A stretch of 64,000 bases of DNA from Deltaproteobacteria bacterium (GTDB taxonomy: Bacteria > Myxococcota_A > UBA9160 > UBA4427). A model generated the notes under the pieces. That model was given only the letters and a program-made list of their open reading frames with translations, was not told the origin of the DNA and made no database searches. The number at the start of each line of letters is the position of its first letter. Positions within the stretch are counted from its first letter, which is position 1. Where the stretch lies: positions 193,923 to 257,922 of the forward strand of contig JAJDAN010000021.1 in NCBI GenBank assembly GCA_029261855.1. Direction: 5' to 3'. Of the stretch, positions 48,569-56,708 are shown in pieces. A program made the translations under genes and the position numbers.

Positions 48569-48611
48569 AACCGCCTCGCCCGAAGCCGCCTGCCCTGAGA
48601 CCGCCCGAAGC

Positions 48612-51600
48612 TCAGCTGCGTTGGGTGAGGAGCGCTTCGAGTGCGTGGGCGAGCTCTTCCTGACGGAACGGCTTGCACAGGATCCGGGCGCCCGGGAGGC
48701 TGACGTCGTCCTCGGCGCGACCTGTCACGAGCAGCACCCGCAGGGTCGGTCGCCGCTCGAGCATCCGCCGCCCCAACTCCACGCCGCCCATTCCGGGCAT
48801 CGACACGTCGCTGACCAGCAGGTCGATGTCTCCGGGGTGCGCTTCGCCCAGCCGCAATGCTTCTTCGCCATCCGCGGCCTGGAGCACCTGGAAGCCCATG
48901 CGGCCGAGCATCCGTCGCATCAGCCTGCGAACGCTCGCATCGTCGTCCACCAGGAGCAGGGTTTCGCCCCCCTGCACGCCGTCGTTCCCAGGTGTCGCCA
49001 TGTCTTCGTCTGCCCCACTCGCTCGCGGCAGAAACAGCCGGAATGTGGTCCCGATGCCCAGCTCGCTGTCGGCGAAGATCGACCCGCCGCTCTCCCGCAA
49101 GATGCCGTAGACCGTCGCCAGCCCGAGTCCGGTTCCCTTGCCCGGCTCCTTCGTGGTGAAGAAGGGCTCGAAGATGCGACCGATGGTGTTCTCATCCATC
49201 CCGAAGCCGGTGTCCGTCACCACGAACTCCACGAACTCGCCCGGCCCCGGCAGTTCGAGTCGGACCGCTTCGGTTGCACTGAGCAGCCGTAGCTCGGTGG
49301 TGATCGACAGATTGCCGCCATCCGGCATCGCGTCGCGCGCATTGACGACCAGGTTGACGAGCACCTGCTGGAGCTGGGTCCGGTCCGCGTAGACGGCATC
49401 GAACTCGTCGTGGGCGGTCGCCTCGAAACGGATGCTGCTCGACAACAGCGGTCCGGTCAGCTCGGCGACGTCTCGCAGCACCTTCGACACGCAGGTGGCG
49501 CGCGGCTCCGCGGGTACGTGACGGCTGAACGACAGCAACTGACGAGTCAGCTGCGCGCAGTACTCCGCCGCGCGCTCCAGGTCCGTGAGCGCTTCGGACA
49601 TGTCCTCGTCGGACGACACCTGCCCGTGCACGAAGCGCGCGTTCCCGAGGATGACGCTCAGCTGGTTGTTGAAGTCATGCGCGACGCCCCCGGCCAGGGT
49701 GCCGACGGCCTCCATCTTCTGCGCTTGCAACAGCTGCCCCCGGCTCTCCCGCAGGGCCTGCTCTGCCCGCTTCCGGGACACCGCGCTGGCGAAGACCTCG
49801 CCGCCGAGTCGCAACAGGGCGATCGCCTCGTCGTTCCAGTCGTGCTCACGGCCGACCATCTCGAAACCGATGGCCCCGACGACTTCGCGCTTGGACAACA
49901 GCGGGATCACGAGCAGGGCCGTGACACCGCGCCGTCTCAGGAAGCACGTCTCCGGCGCGTCTTCCGGAAGCTCGGACCCGGGCGCGATCAGTAGCTCGCG
50001 CCCGGCTTCGAACAGCGAGCGTGCGTGCGGATATTGCTCGAGGGACACGTCCTTCAGCGGCTCCCGGGGTTCGGCGACGCCGTCGTCGGTCCATTCCCAC
50101 GCGTCCTGTCCACCGCTGACGGGGTCCGCGGCGATCAGCCAGGAACGGTCAGCACCGGAGATCGGCAGCAGTGACGCGAGGCCGTCAGTGACACCGCCGT
50201 CCATCTCGTCGAGCCCGAGGGCGAGCAGATCGCGGGCCATGTTGGCAATGCGCTTCTGGTTCTCGAGACGTCTACGCATCGACTGCTGCGACAGCTCGCG
50301 ATCGGTGACGTCGCGAATCACCCCGGCGCTACGGGCCTCGCCGCTGGCGGTGCGGTAGAGCCGACCGTTGGCCTCGAGCCAGACCAGACGACCGTCCCGA
50401 TGCCGGCCGCGGTAGAGGAAGGTGCCGGAGAAGCTCGGCCCGAGGTCCCCGCGCAAGAAGGCGCTGTGGGCCGACTTCACTCGCGCGAGATCCTCCGGAT
50501 GCATGAAGTCGAACGAGCTCATGTCTGCGGCGCTCTCGGCGTCGTAGCCGTGCACCTCGTAGAAGTGGGGGTTGGCGTAGAGGATCGTTCCGTCCTCGAG
50601 ATCGTTCTCGCAGATGGCATCCTGGGCGGACTCGGCGAGCGCCCGAAGACGCTGCTCGCCTTCGTGCAGCGCCTCTTCGGCCTCACGGCGCCGGAGCGCG
50701 CTGGCCAGGATCTCCGCGACGAGACGCAACAGCGCCAGCTCGTGCTCGCTCCAGTCGCGCTCGCTGCTCAGCATCTGGAAGCCGAGCAGAGCCGTGACGT
50801 GGCCGTCCACCCGAACGGGGATCACGCAATACGAACGGATGCCCCGCGAAAGCATGTGGTCCCGGGTCGGTGCATACTCGTCCGGAAGGTCCGCCGGACG
50901 CGGGATCCGGACGATCTCTCCCTGCATGAGTCGGTCGCGCATCCACGCGTTGCGGGCGGCATCCCTGGAATCGGTCTCGAGCACCCAGGGCTCGAAGCCC
51001 TCGCGCTGCCAGGCCCAGCTTCGGATCTCGGCGCTGCGCACCGAAGGAAACGCCATCAGGTAGCAACGGTCCGCGCTCACCATCGTCCCCGCGGCCTCGA
51101 TCGCTTCCCCGATGGCCTCCTCGAACCCCTCGCCGCCGAGTTCGATGAAACGGCGGGACAGCTTGCCGACGCGGGCCTCGGCCAGACGCTGGCCGAGTGC
51201 GGCGTCCTCGGCCCGCACACGGCTCTCGACATTGCGCCCGGTAACGACGCCCCGCCGGCCCCCGGACGCGACCGGCACGACGCTTCCGTGCAGCTCGCTC
51301 CAGAACCAGCCGCCGTCGGCGTGTTTCAATCGGCACAGCAGTTCGCCGGCTTCCCCCGTCGCGAGGGCCTGCTCTGCGGCTGCGCAGACGTGCTCCCAGT
51401 CGTCGGGATGGACGAGCGTCGCCGGGTCGCTGCTGCGCAAGGCGCCCACGTCGCGACCGAGCTCTTCGCAGAGTCTGTGGTTGGCGAACTCGATGAGCCC
51501 GCCCGGCCCCAGGGTCGCGACCATCTCCCGGGAGCTCTCGGCAAAAGCAGCGAAGAGATCCTGGGCCTCTTGCAGATCCACCCGCACCTGATCCCGTCGG

Positions 51601-52013
51601 GCAGCCGAGAGCTCGTCAGCAGCTTCGAGCAACAGGCCTTCGAGAGCAACGACCTCGCCATCGGAGTCGGTGACGGCGACGCCTTCCTCGCGCACGCAGC
51701 GGTCGGGACCGTCGCTGGACTGCAGCCGATAGCTGACGCAGTAGGTCGTCGTCTTCCGGATCGCCTCCTCGAGCGCGGCCAACACCCGGCGCCGATCGTC
51801 GGGATCCACACGGGTCCAGAACGAGTAGGCGTCCCCGGTGAGCGTGGCTTTCGAGAGTCCGGTCCGTTCGGCGCAGGGACCCTCGACTTCGAGGAAGCGC
51901 AGGGTCGAATCGGCGGCACGCCGGAACACCACGGCTCCGAGGCTCCGGACGAGACCGGACACACCGAGCCCCGGTGCAGACCCCCGCTTCGGATCCCTGG
52001 ACGCGTCGCCCAA
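48612..52013 (-). CDS. Hybrid sensor histidine kinase/response regulator with multiple PAS and GAF domains
   Basis: The H-box is HDFNNQLSVILGNARF. The N/G boxes are NLVVNARDAM, DTGFGMD and GKGTGLGLATV. The C-terminal receiver reads LLLVDDDASVRRL...DLLVSDVSMPGMGG. A long N-terminus carries repeated PAS/GAF-like segments. The TTG start at 52013 is uncertain. Confidence 0.9.
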   Translation of the reverse strand: MGDASRDPKRGSAPGLGVSGLVRSLGAVVFRRAADSTLRFLEVEGPCAERTGLSKATLTGDAYSFWTRVDPDDRRRVLAALEEAIRKTTTYCVSYRLQSSDGPDRCVREEGVAVTDSDGEVVALEGLLLEAADELSAARRDQVRVDLQEAQDLFAAFAESSREMVATLGPGGLIEFANHRLCEELGRDVGALRSSDPATLVHPDDWEHVCAAAEQALATGEAGELLCRLKHADGGWFWSELHGSVVPVASGGRRGVVTGRNVESRVRAEDAALGQRLAEARVGKLSRRFIELGGEGFEEAIGEAIEAAGTMVSADRCYLMAFPSVRSAEIRSWAWQREGFEPWVLETDSRDAARNAWMRDRLMQGEIVRIPRPADLPDEYAPTRDHMLSRGIRSYCVIPVRVDGHVTALLGFQMLSSERDWSEHELALLRLVAEILASALRRREAEEALHEGEQRLRALAESAQDAICENDLEDGTILYANPHFYEVHGYDAESAADMSSFDFMHPEDLARVKSAHSAFLRGDLGPSFSGTFLYRGRHRDGRLVWLEANGRLYRTASGEARSAGVIRDVTDRELSQQSMRRRLENQKRIANMARDLLALGLDEMDGGVTDGLASLLPISGADRSWLIAADPVSGGQDAWEWTDDGVAEPREPLKDVSLEQYPHARSLFEAGRELLIAPGSELPEDAPETCFLRRRGVTALLVIPLLSKREVVGAIGFEMVGREHDWNDEAIALLRLGGEVFASAVSRKRAEQALRESRGQLLQAQKMEAVGTLAGGVAHDFNNQLSVILGNARFVHGQVSSDEDMSEALTDLERAAEYCAQLTRQLLSFSRHVPAEPRATCVSKVLRDVAELTGPLLSSSIRFEATAHDEFDAVYADRTQLQQVLVNLVVNARDAMPDGGNLSITTELRLLSATEAVRLELPGPGEFVEFVVTDTGFGMDENTIGRIFEPFFTTKEPGKGTGLGLATVYGILRESGGSIFADSELGIGTTFRLFLPRASGADEDMATPGNDGVQGGETLLLVDDDASVRRLMRRMLGRMGFQVLQAADGEEALRLGEAHPGDIDLLVSDVSMPGMGGVELGRRMLERRPTLRVLLVTGRAEDDVSLPGARILCKPFRQEELAHALEALLTQRS

Positions 52014-52189
52014 CAGTCGTTCCCCCGCAGTCGCCCCAGAGTCCCGACCGGGGCGCGTCTCCTCTCATCGGCCGACCGCCGCAGGAGCTTTTCGACCGTC
52101 CTGCCCGCTCGGGCGTCTGAACCCGGGAACTCGACCCCCTGCGGCACACTCCAACACCGGAGGCGGCAACCGGGAGGCAACACACAGGC

Positions 52190-53026
52190 ATGTCGAGACT
52201 CGACGACCCCGCGGCGGTCGCGGAGCAGTACGCAGGACCCGGCAACTTCGACGCCCGGGTGCGGATCTATCGGCTGTACGCCCGCGCCCATCCCAGCTGG
52301 ATCGAGTGGCTGTGGGACCAGATCGGCCTGGTGGACGGCGAGCGGGTGCTCGAGGCGGGGGTCGGGACCGGAAATCTCTGGATCGAGAACGCGAGCCGCC
52401 TGCCCCGGTCGAGCCCGATCGTGCTGACGGATCTCTCTGCGGGCATGCTGGCGACCGCGCGCGGCCGCCTCGCCGGGCTCGACGGCTTCGAGGCCCACGC
52501 CCGCTTCCAGCGCGCCGACGTCCAACACCTCCCCTTCCCCGACGCGTGCTTCGACGTCGCGATCGCGTGTCACATGCTCTATCACGTGCCCGACCGCGCG
52601 CGCGGCATCGCCGAACTCGCCCGGGTGCTAGCGCCGGGCGGGCGCTGCTGCGTCGGCACCAACGACTGGACGCACCAGATCGAGCTGCGCGAGCTGATCG
52701 CGCGCTTCCAGGTCGACAGCACCATGATGCGGATCGGCCGGGACAGCGCGGCGTTCGATCTCGAGACCGCTGCAGACGAGCTGGCGCCGGCGTTCGGCTC
52801 CCTACGCGTCGCCCAGAGACAGGATCGTCTCGACGTGACCGACGCCACGGCCGTCGGCGACTACGTGCGCTCCGCCTGTCCGAACACCCCGGACAATCTC
52901 GAGCGCATCGCCGCCCTCGAGGATCACGTCGCCCGTCGGATCCAACGCGAGGGCCTTTTCCGGCTGACCGTGTCGGCGGGCCTGGTGGTGGGCTCGGTGG
53001 CGGGAGACGGAAGCGTCGCGGGCTAG
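52190..53026 (+). CDS. Class I SAM-dependent methyltransferase
   Basis: Motif I is VLEAGVGTGNLW. The acidic loop LTDLS and the post-I/II regions (FDVAIACHMLYHV, LAPGG) are present. Confidence 0.8.
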   Translation: MSRLDDPAAVAEQYAGPGNFDARVRIYRLYARAHPSWIEWLWDQIGLVDGERVLEAGVGTGNLWIENASRLPRSSPIVLTDLSAGMLATARGRLAGLDGFEAHARFQRADVQHLPFPDACFDVAIACHMLYHVPDRARGIAELARVLAPGGRCCVGTNDWTHQIELRELIARFQVDSTMMRIGRDSAAFDLETAADELAPAFGSLRVAQRQDRLDVTDATAVGDYVRSACPNTPDNLERIAALEDHVARRIQREGLFRLTVSAGLVVGSVAGDGSVAG

Positions 53027-53029
53027 CTG

Positions 53030-53047
53030 GCGAAGCGTAGGCTTCGC
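53030..53047. terminator. Small hairpin between convergent genes
   Basis: GCGAAGC-GTAG-GCTTCGC (7-bp stem, tetraloop) lies 3 nt after the TAG of the 52190..53026 gene and is followed by TT only. Confidence 0.3.
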
Positions 53048-53093
53048 TTGCGACGGAAGCCGAGATCCCGAGACGGAGTCTTGGGTCGGCCTC

Positions 53094-54074
53094 CTAGGGG
53101 ACCGGCAGGTGCGGACGCACCTCGCGCTCGAACCGTTGCAGCATCTGCCAGGAGAAGCCCGGGTCGATCCCGGCGAGCAGGGGATTCAGATAGAGGACGC
53201 TGTCGGGCCCGAGCCGCTCTGCCAGCGCCAGCACCTGCTCGGGGGTGAGCACCTGGTAGGCGTCGCCCTGGCGAACGGTTTCGGCAGTCAGCCCGCGCAC
53301 GTAGGGGCCGGCGGGCCGCCCGAAGGCCTCTGCGGTCCACTCGGCGTAGGACCGAAGCTGGTGAAGCACGTGGGGCATCAATCGTTCCCAGTCGCGATCC
53401 GGGTCGGCCGAAACCCACAGGAAGATCGGTCCCTGTGCGGGATACGGCCCCGGGTCCGGCTTGCCCAGCCGCTCGCATTCGTCGCGGTACGGCGCCCATA
53501 GCCGCGGGTCCAGGGGCGGGAACCAGCCGTCGGCGATGCGTGCCGCGCGGCGGGCGGCCGCGGGGCTGCTGCCGCCCAGCAGGATCGGCGGCGGGGGATC
53601 GGGGCGCGGTGTGACGAGACAGCGACGCCCCTGCCAGTCGAAGGGCTCTCCCTTCCAGGCCAGGCGCAGCAGCTCGATGATCTCACCGATCAAGCGCCAA
53701 CGATCCTCCAGGCGCACTCCGAACATCTCGAACTCTGATGGGCGATAGCCGCCGCCGATCCCCAAAACCAGGCGGCCACCCGTCGCCAACTGGGTGACGG
53801 CGGCGTCTTCTGCCAGCTTGATCGGATCGTAGAGCGGGGCCAGCAACACCGACGGACGAAAACGGATCCGCCGGGTTCGTCCCGCCAGCGCCGCAGACAT
53901 CACCAGGGGCGAAGGGTCGTAGCCGTCGGGAGAGGCGTGGTGCTCGCCGAGACCGACCACATCGAAGCCCTGCTCGTCCGCCCACTCCACCTGGTCGAGT
54001 GCCGCTGCGTAGAGCTCACGCGCGGGCGCCCCAAAATCTGGCGCCCGCATGTCGTAGGTGACGACGAGCTCCAT
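53094..54074 (-). CDS. Luciferase-like (LLM class) flavin/F420-dependent oxidoreductase
   Basis: GFDVVGLGEHHASPDGY, LATGGRLVLGIGGGY and the TIM-barrel LLM pattern are present. 326 aa. Confidence 0.85.
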   Translation of the reverse strand: MELVVTYDMRAPDFGAPARELYAAALDQVEWADEQGFDVVGLGEHHASPDGYDPSPLVMSAALAGRTRRIRFRPSVLLAPLYDPIKLAEDAAVTQLATGGRLVLGIGGGYRPSEFEMFGVRLEDRWRLIGEIIELLRLAWKGEPFDWQGRRCLVTPRPDPPPPILLGGSSPAAARRAARIADGWFPPLDPRLWAPYRDECERLGKPDPGPYPAQGPIFLWVSADPDRDWERLMPHVLHQLRSYAEWTAEAFGRPAGPYVRGLTAETVRQGDAYQVLTPEQVLALAERLGPDSVLYLNPLLAGIDPGFSWQMLQRFEREVRPHLPVP

Positions 54075-54078
54075 GCGC

Positions 54079-54777
54079 CTAGTGCAAGGCTTCTTCGCGC
54101 AGCTCGGCGCGCTCGATGATCACCTCGTCGAGCGGCGTGCCGTCCTCGCTGCCGCGCACCTCGATCCCCCGGAGCGTGCCCATTCCCTCGACGACCTGGC
54201 CGAAGATCGTGTGCTTGCCGTCGAGGTGAGGCGCCTCCTTGAACAGGATGAAGAACTGGCTTCCGTCGGTGCGCGGCCCGGAGTTGGCCATGCTCAGGAC
54301 GCCGCGGGCATCGTGCTTGGGAGCGCCCCGCTTCGGGAACTCGCCCGCGTACTTGAAGCCCGGACCGCCGGTCCCCGTGCCTGTGGGATCACCTCCCTGG
54401 GCCATGAAGCCGGGAATGATCCGGTGGAACACCAGCCCGTCGAAGAAGCCGAGTCGCGTCAGGTACATCATGGTGCTGACATGGCGCGGCGCCTTGTCGG
54501 CGAGGAATTCGATCTTGATGAGTCCCTGGTTGGTGTACAGCAGCCAGTAATACTTGCGGTCCGGCGTGAAGCGGAGCGGTGCGGGCCGCGGTACCTGCTG
54601 CCTCCATTCTGGAGCCGTCGTATCCACCGGGTGCGCCTCGATCATGGCGTCGAGGGCCGCAAGCGCCGACGCAGAAGGCGGAGCCGGGCGAGACACAGCT
54701 GGCCCCGGCTCGGAGGCACAGCCGACGAGCGCGGCGCTTGCCACCACCCAGGCGAACCATCGGATCCTGCTGCTCAC
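54079..54777 (-). CDS. Cyclophilin-type peptidyl-prolyl cis-trans isomerase, lipoprotein
   Basis: The lipobox is AALVGCAS. The cyclophilin core reads FFDGLVFHRIIPGFMAQGGDPTGTGTGGPG...LSMANSGPRTDGSQFFI. Confidence 0.9.
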   Translation of the reverse strand: MSSRIRWFAWVVASAALVGCASEPGPAVSRPAPPSASALAALDAMIEAHPVDTTAPEWRQQVPRPAPLRFTPDRKYYWLLYTNQGLIKIEFLADKAPRHVSTMMYLTRLGFFDGLVFHRIIPGFMAQGGDPTGTGTGGPGFKYAGEFPKRGAPKHDARGVLSMANSGPRTDGSQFFILFKEAPHLDGKHTIFGQVVEGMGTLRGIEVRGSEDGTPLDEVIIERAELREEALH

Positions 54778-54872
54778 GGGCGCTCCCTCTCCTTCGCCGT
54801 TTTCGGGTCGGCGATTGTGGTTCGCCCGAAAGCCGGAAGCAAATCACGGCCCCGTCGCTACGATCACCCGCC

Positions 54873-55676
54873 GTGAGCGACCTGCACCCGATCGAAGCCT
54901 CGACGCTCCACGCACGCCGCGAGCGCGTATTCCTCGTCCTGGCGGGGCTCTTCCTCGGCTCGATGACGATGCTCAACATCCTGGGCATCTCGCGCTTCAT
55001 CGACCTTTCCTTCGACGTGGGCGGCATCCGAATCCCGATGGCGTTGGCGGTGGGCGTCCTGCCCTACCCCATCACCTTCCTGTGCACGGACTTCATCAGC
55101 GAGTTGTACGGACGCAAGCGCGCAAGCTTCGTCGTGTGGGTCGGCCTGGGCCTGAACCTGTGGGTGGTCGCCTTCCTGTGGCTCGGCGGTGCCCTGCCCC
55201 CGGTGCCCACCCTCGACCCGGCGACGGGCCTTCCCCCCACGGACGCCTACGACTTCCCGTTCTACCGCATCCGCATGTTGACCCAGGGCGCCGTGGTCGC
55301 GTCGATGATCGCGTACCTGGCCGCCCAGATGTGCGACGTCTTCCTGTTCCATTTCTGGAAGCGGCTCACACAGGGGCGGCACCTGTGGCTGCGCAACAAC
55401 GGCTCGACCCTGGTGTCCCAGTTCGTCGACACCTTCGCGGTCATCACCATCACGCATTTCTACGCGAAGGGACTTCCCGTCGACGCGGCGCTACCCATCT
55501 GGCCCCAGCTGTGGGTCTACATCGGATCGGGCTACGTGTTCAAGATGGTCATCGCGTTCCTGGACACCGGCCCCTTCTATCTCGGGGTCCACTACCTCAG
55601 CCGCTTCCTCGACATCGATCCCTATCAGGAGCACTCCCGCGACGAGGAAGTGATCGGCTTCGAGCCGCCGCACTGA
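54873..55676 (+). CDS. yhhQ: Queuosine-precursor transporter (YhhQ/DUF165, VUT family)
   Basis: The start is GTG 54873 inside track ORF 54579..55676. LPYPITFLCTDFISELYG and STLVSQFVDTFAVITI are characteristic. Confidence 0.8.
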   Translation: MSDLHPIEASTLHARRERVFLVLAGLFLGSMTMLNILGISRFIDLSFDVGGIRIPMALAVGVLPYPITFLCTDFISELYGRKRASFVVWVGLGLNLWVVAFLWLGGALPPVPTLDPATGLPPTDAYDFPFYRIRMLTQGAVVASMIAYLAAQMCDVFLFHFWKRLTQGRHLWLRNNGSTLVSQFVDTFAVITITHFYAKGLPVDAALPIWPQLWVYIGSGYVFKMVIAFLDTGPFYLGVHYLSRFLDIDPYQEHSRDEEVIGFEPPH

Positions 55677-55709
55677 CCGGACTCCGCGGGCCTGCGGCCG
55701 TGACCGGCG

Positions 55710-56525
55710 TCAGGGCAGATCGAGCACCCACGCCGGGTCGGAGAACCACTTCTCGCGCAGCTGATCGAGCAGCCCGGTGCCCTCGAGGCTGGTCAGGTAG
55801 TTCTGCACCAGGTTCACGAAGAGCATGTCATCGGCGGAGAGCGCGATCCCGATGGGCTCGAAGGTGAACGGAGACACGACGGTCATCAGTCCCGCCCCGG
55901 GGTTTCGGAGCAACGCGACCGCGCAGACGGGGTAGTCGGCGACCATGGCGTCCGCAGTCCCACCCACCACCATGGCGATGGCCTCGTCGTAGGTCGCCGT
56001 CGTGATCAGGTTGGCAGTGGGCACTGCGTTCTTCACGTAGCCTTCACTCGTCGTGCCGGCGAGAGCCACGAGCTTGACCGACGGGCGGTCGAGCACGGAC
56101 GGACCACTCGCGCGAGCGAGGCTCTCGGAACGCGTGAGCACCGCCTTGCCCGAAACGAAGTACGGCCCGGCGAACGCGATCCGCATGTTGCGCTCGGGCG
56201 TCATCGTGATGCCGGCCATCGCCACGTCGACGTCGCCGTCCTCTACGGCGGCAACCAGGTCCTTGAACGGCATGCGGACCAGCTCGAGCTTCACCCCGAG
56301 CGTCGCGGCCAGAGCGGTCGCCAGATCGGCCTCCATGCCGATCATCTGGTCGTTGCGGTCGAGGATGCTCAGCGGCGGATAGTCGCCAGTCATGGCCACG
56401 CGCAGCTCCCCGGTGCTGCGAATGCGATCGAGCACGGGCGAGTCCGAGCCCAGACCGAGGTGGCTGCAGCCACCGGTCGACACGACCAGGCCGAGCGCGA
56501 GAAGCCAGAAGCGGAAGCGCTTCAT
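55710..56525 (-). CDS. Family-3 (amino-acid type) ABC substrate-binding lipoprotein, orphan
   Basis: The lipobox is VVSTGGCS, followed by LRVAMTGDYPPLS...GMEADLA...VDVAMAGITMTPER. No cognate permease or ATPase is adjacent. Confidence 0.85.
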   Translation of the reverse strand: MKRFRFWLLALGLVVSTGGCSHLGLGSDSPVLDRIRSTGELRVAMTGDYPPLSILDRNDQMIGMEADLATALAATLGVKLELVRMPFKDLVAAVEDGDVDVAMAGITMTPERNMRIAFAGPYFVSGKAVLTRSESLARASGPSVLDRPSVKLVALAGTTSEGYVKNAVPTANLITTATYDEAIAMVVGGTADAMVADYPVCAVALLRNPGAGLMTVVSPFTFEPIGIALSADDMLFVNLVQNYLTSLEGTGLLDQLREKWFSDPAWVLDLP

Positions 56526-56708
56526 GAAGGATCCCCTCGAGAGAGTGAATCGCGGGTTGCTAGCAGAGTCGCCACGCCCCGAGCAACGCAGGACCCTGGA
56601 CGTTTCGATTCACCATTGGGGTAGACTGCGCAACGTGGCTCGCCGGTCGGCAAGGACCCGTATCTCGCGATCATCGCGGTGGACCCTGGCCGCCCGCGCT
56701 GAGAACCC

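Noticed and set aside
48566-48611. A possible fourth stop-spanning duplication after the GH38 gene (TGAAACCGCCTCGCCCGAAGC versus TGAGACCGCCCGAAGC).
   Set aside because: The similarity is short, gapped and built from very GC-rich words. It is too degenerate to distinguish from chance.
54801-54831. A hairpin (TTTCGGG...CCCGAAA, 7-bp stem, 17-nt loop) upstream of the queuosine-precursor transporter gene, checked as a possible preQ1 riboswitch.
   Set aside because: The sequence does not show the preQ1-I/II/III consensus features I know (a short P1 with a conserved loop followed by an A-rich tail such as AAAAAACUA). The 95-nt spacer must also hold two divergent promoters. A covariance-model scan would be needed to revive this.
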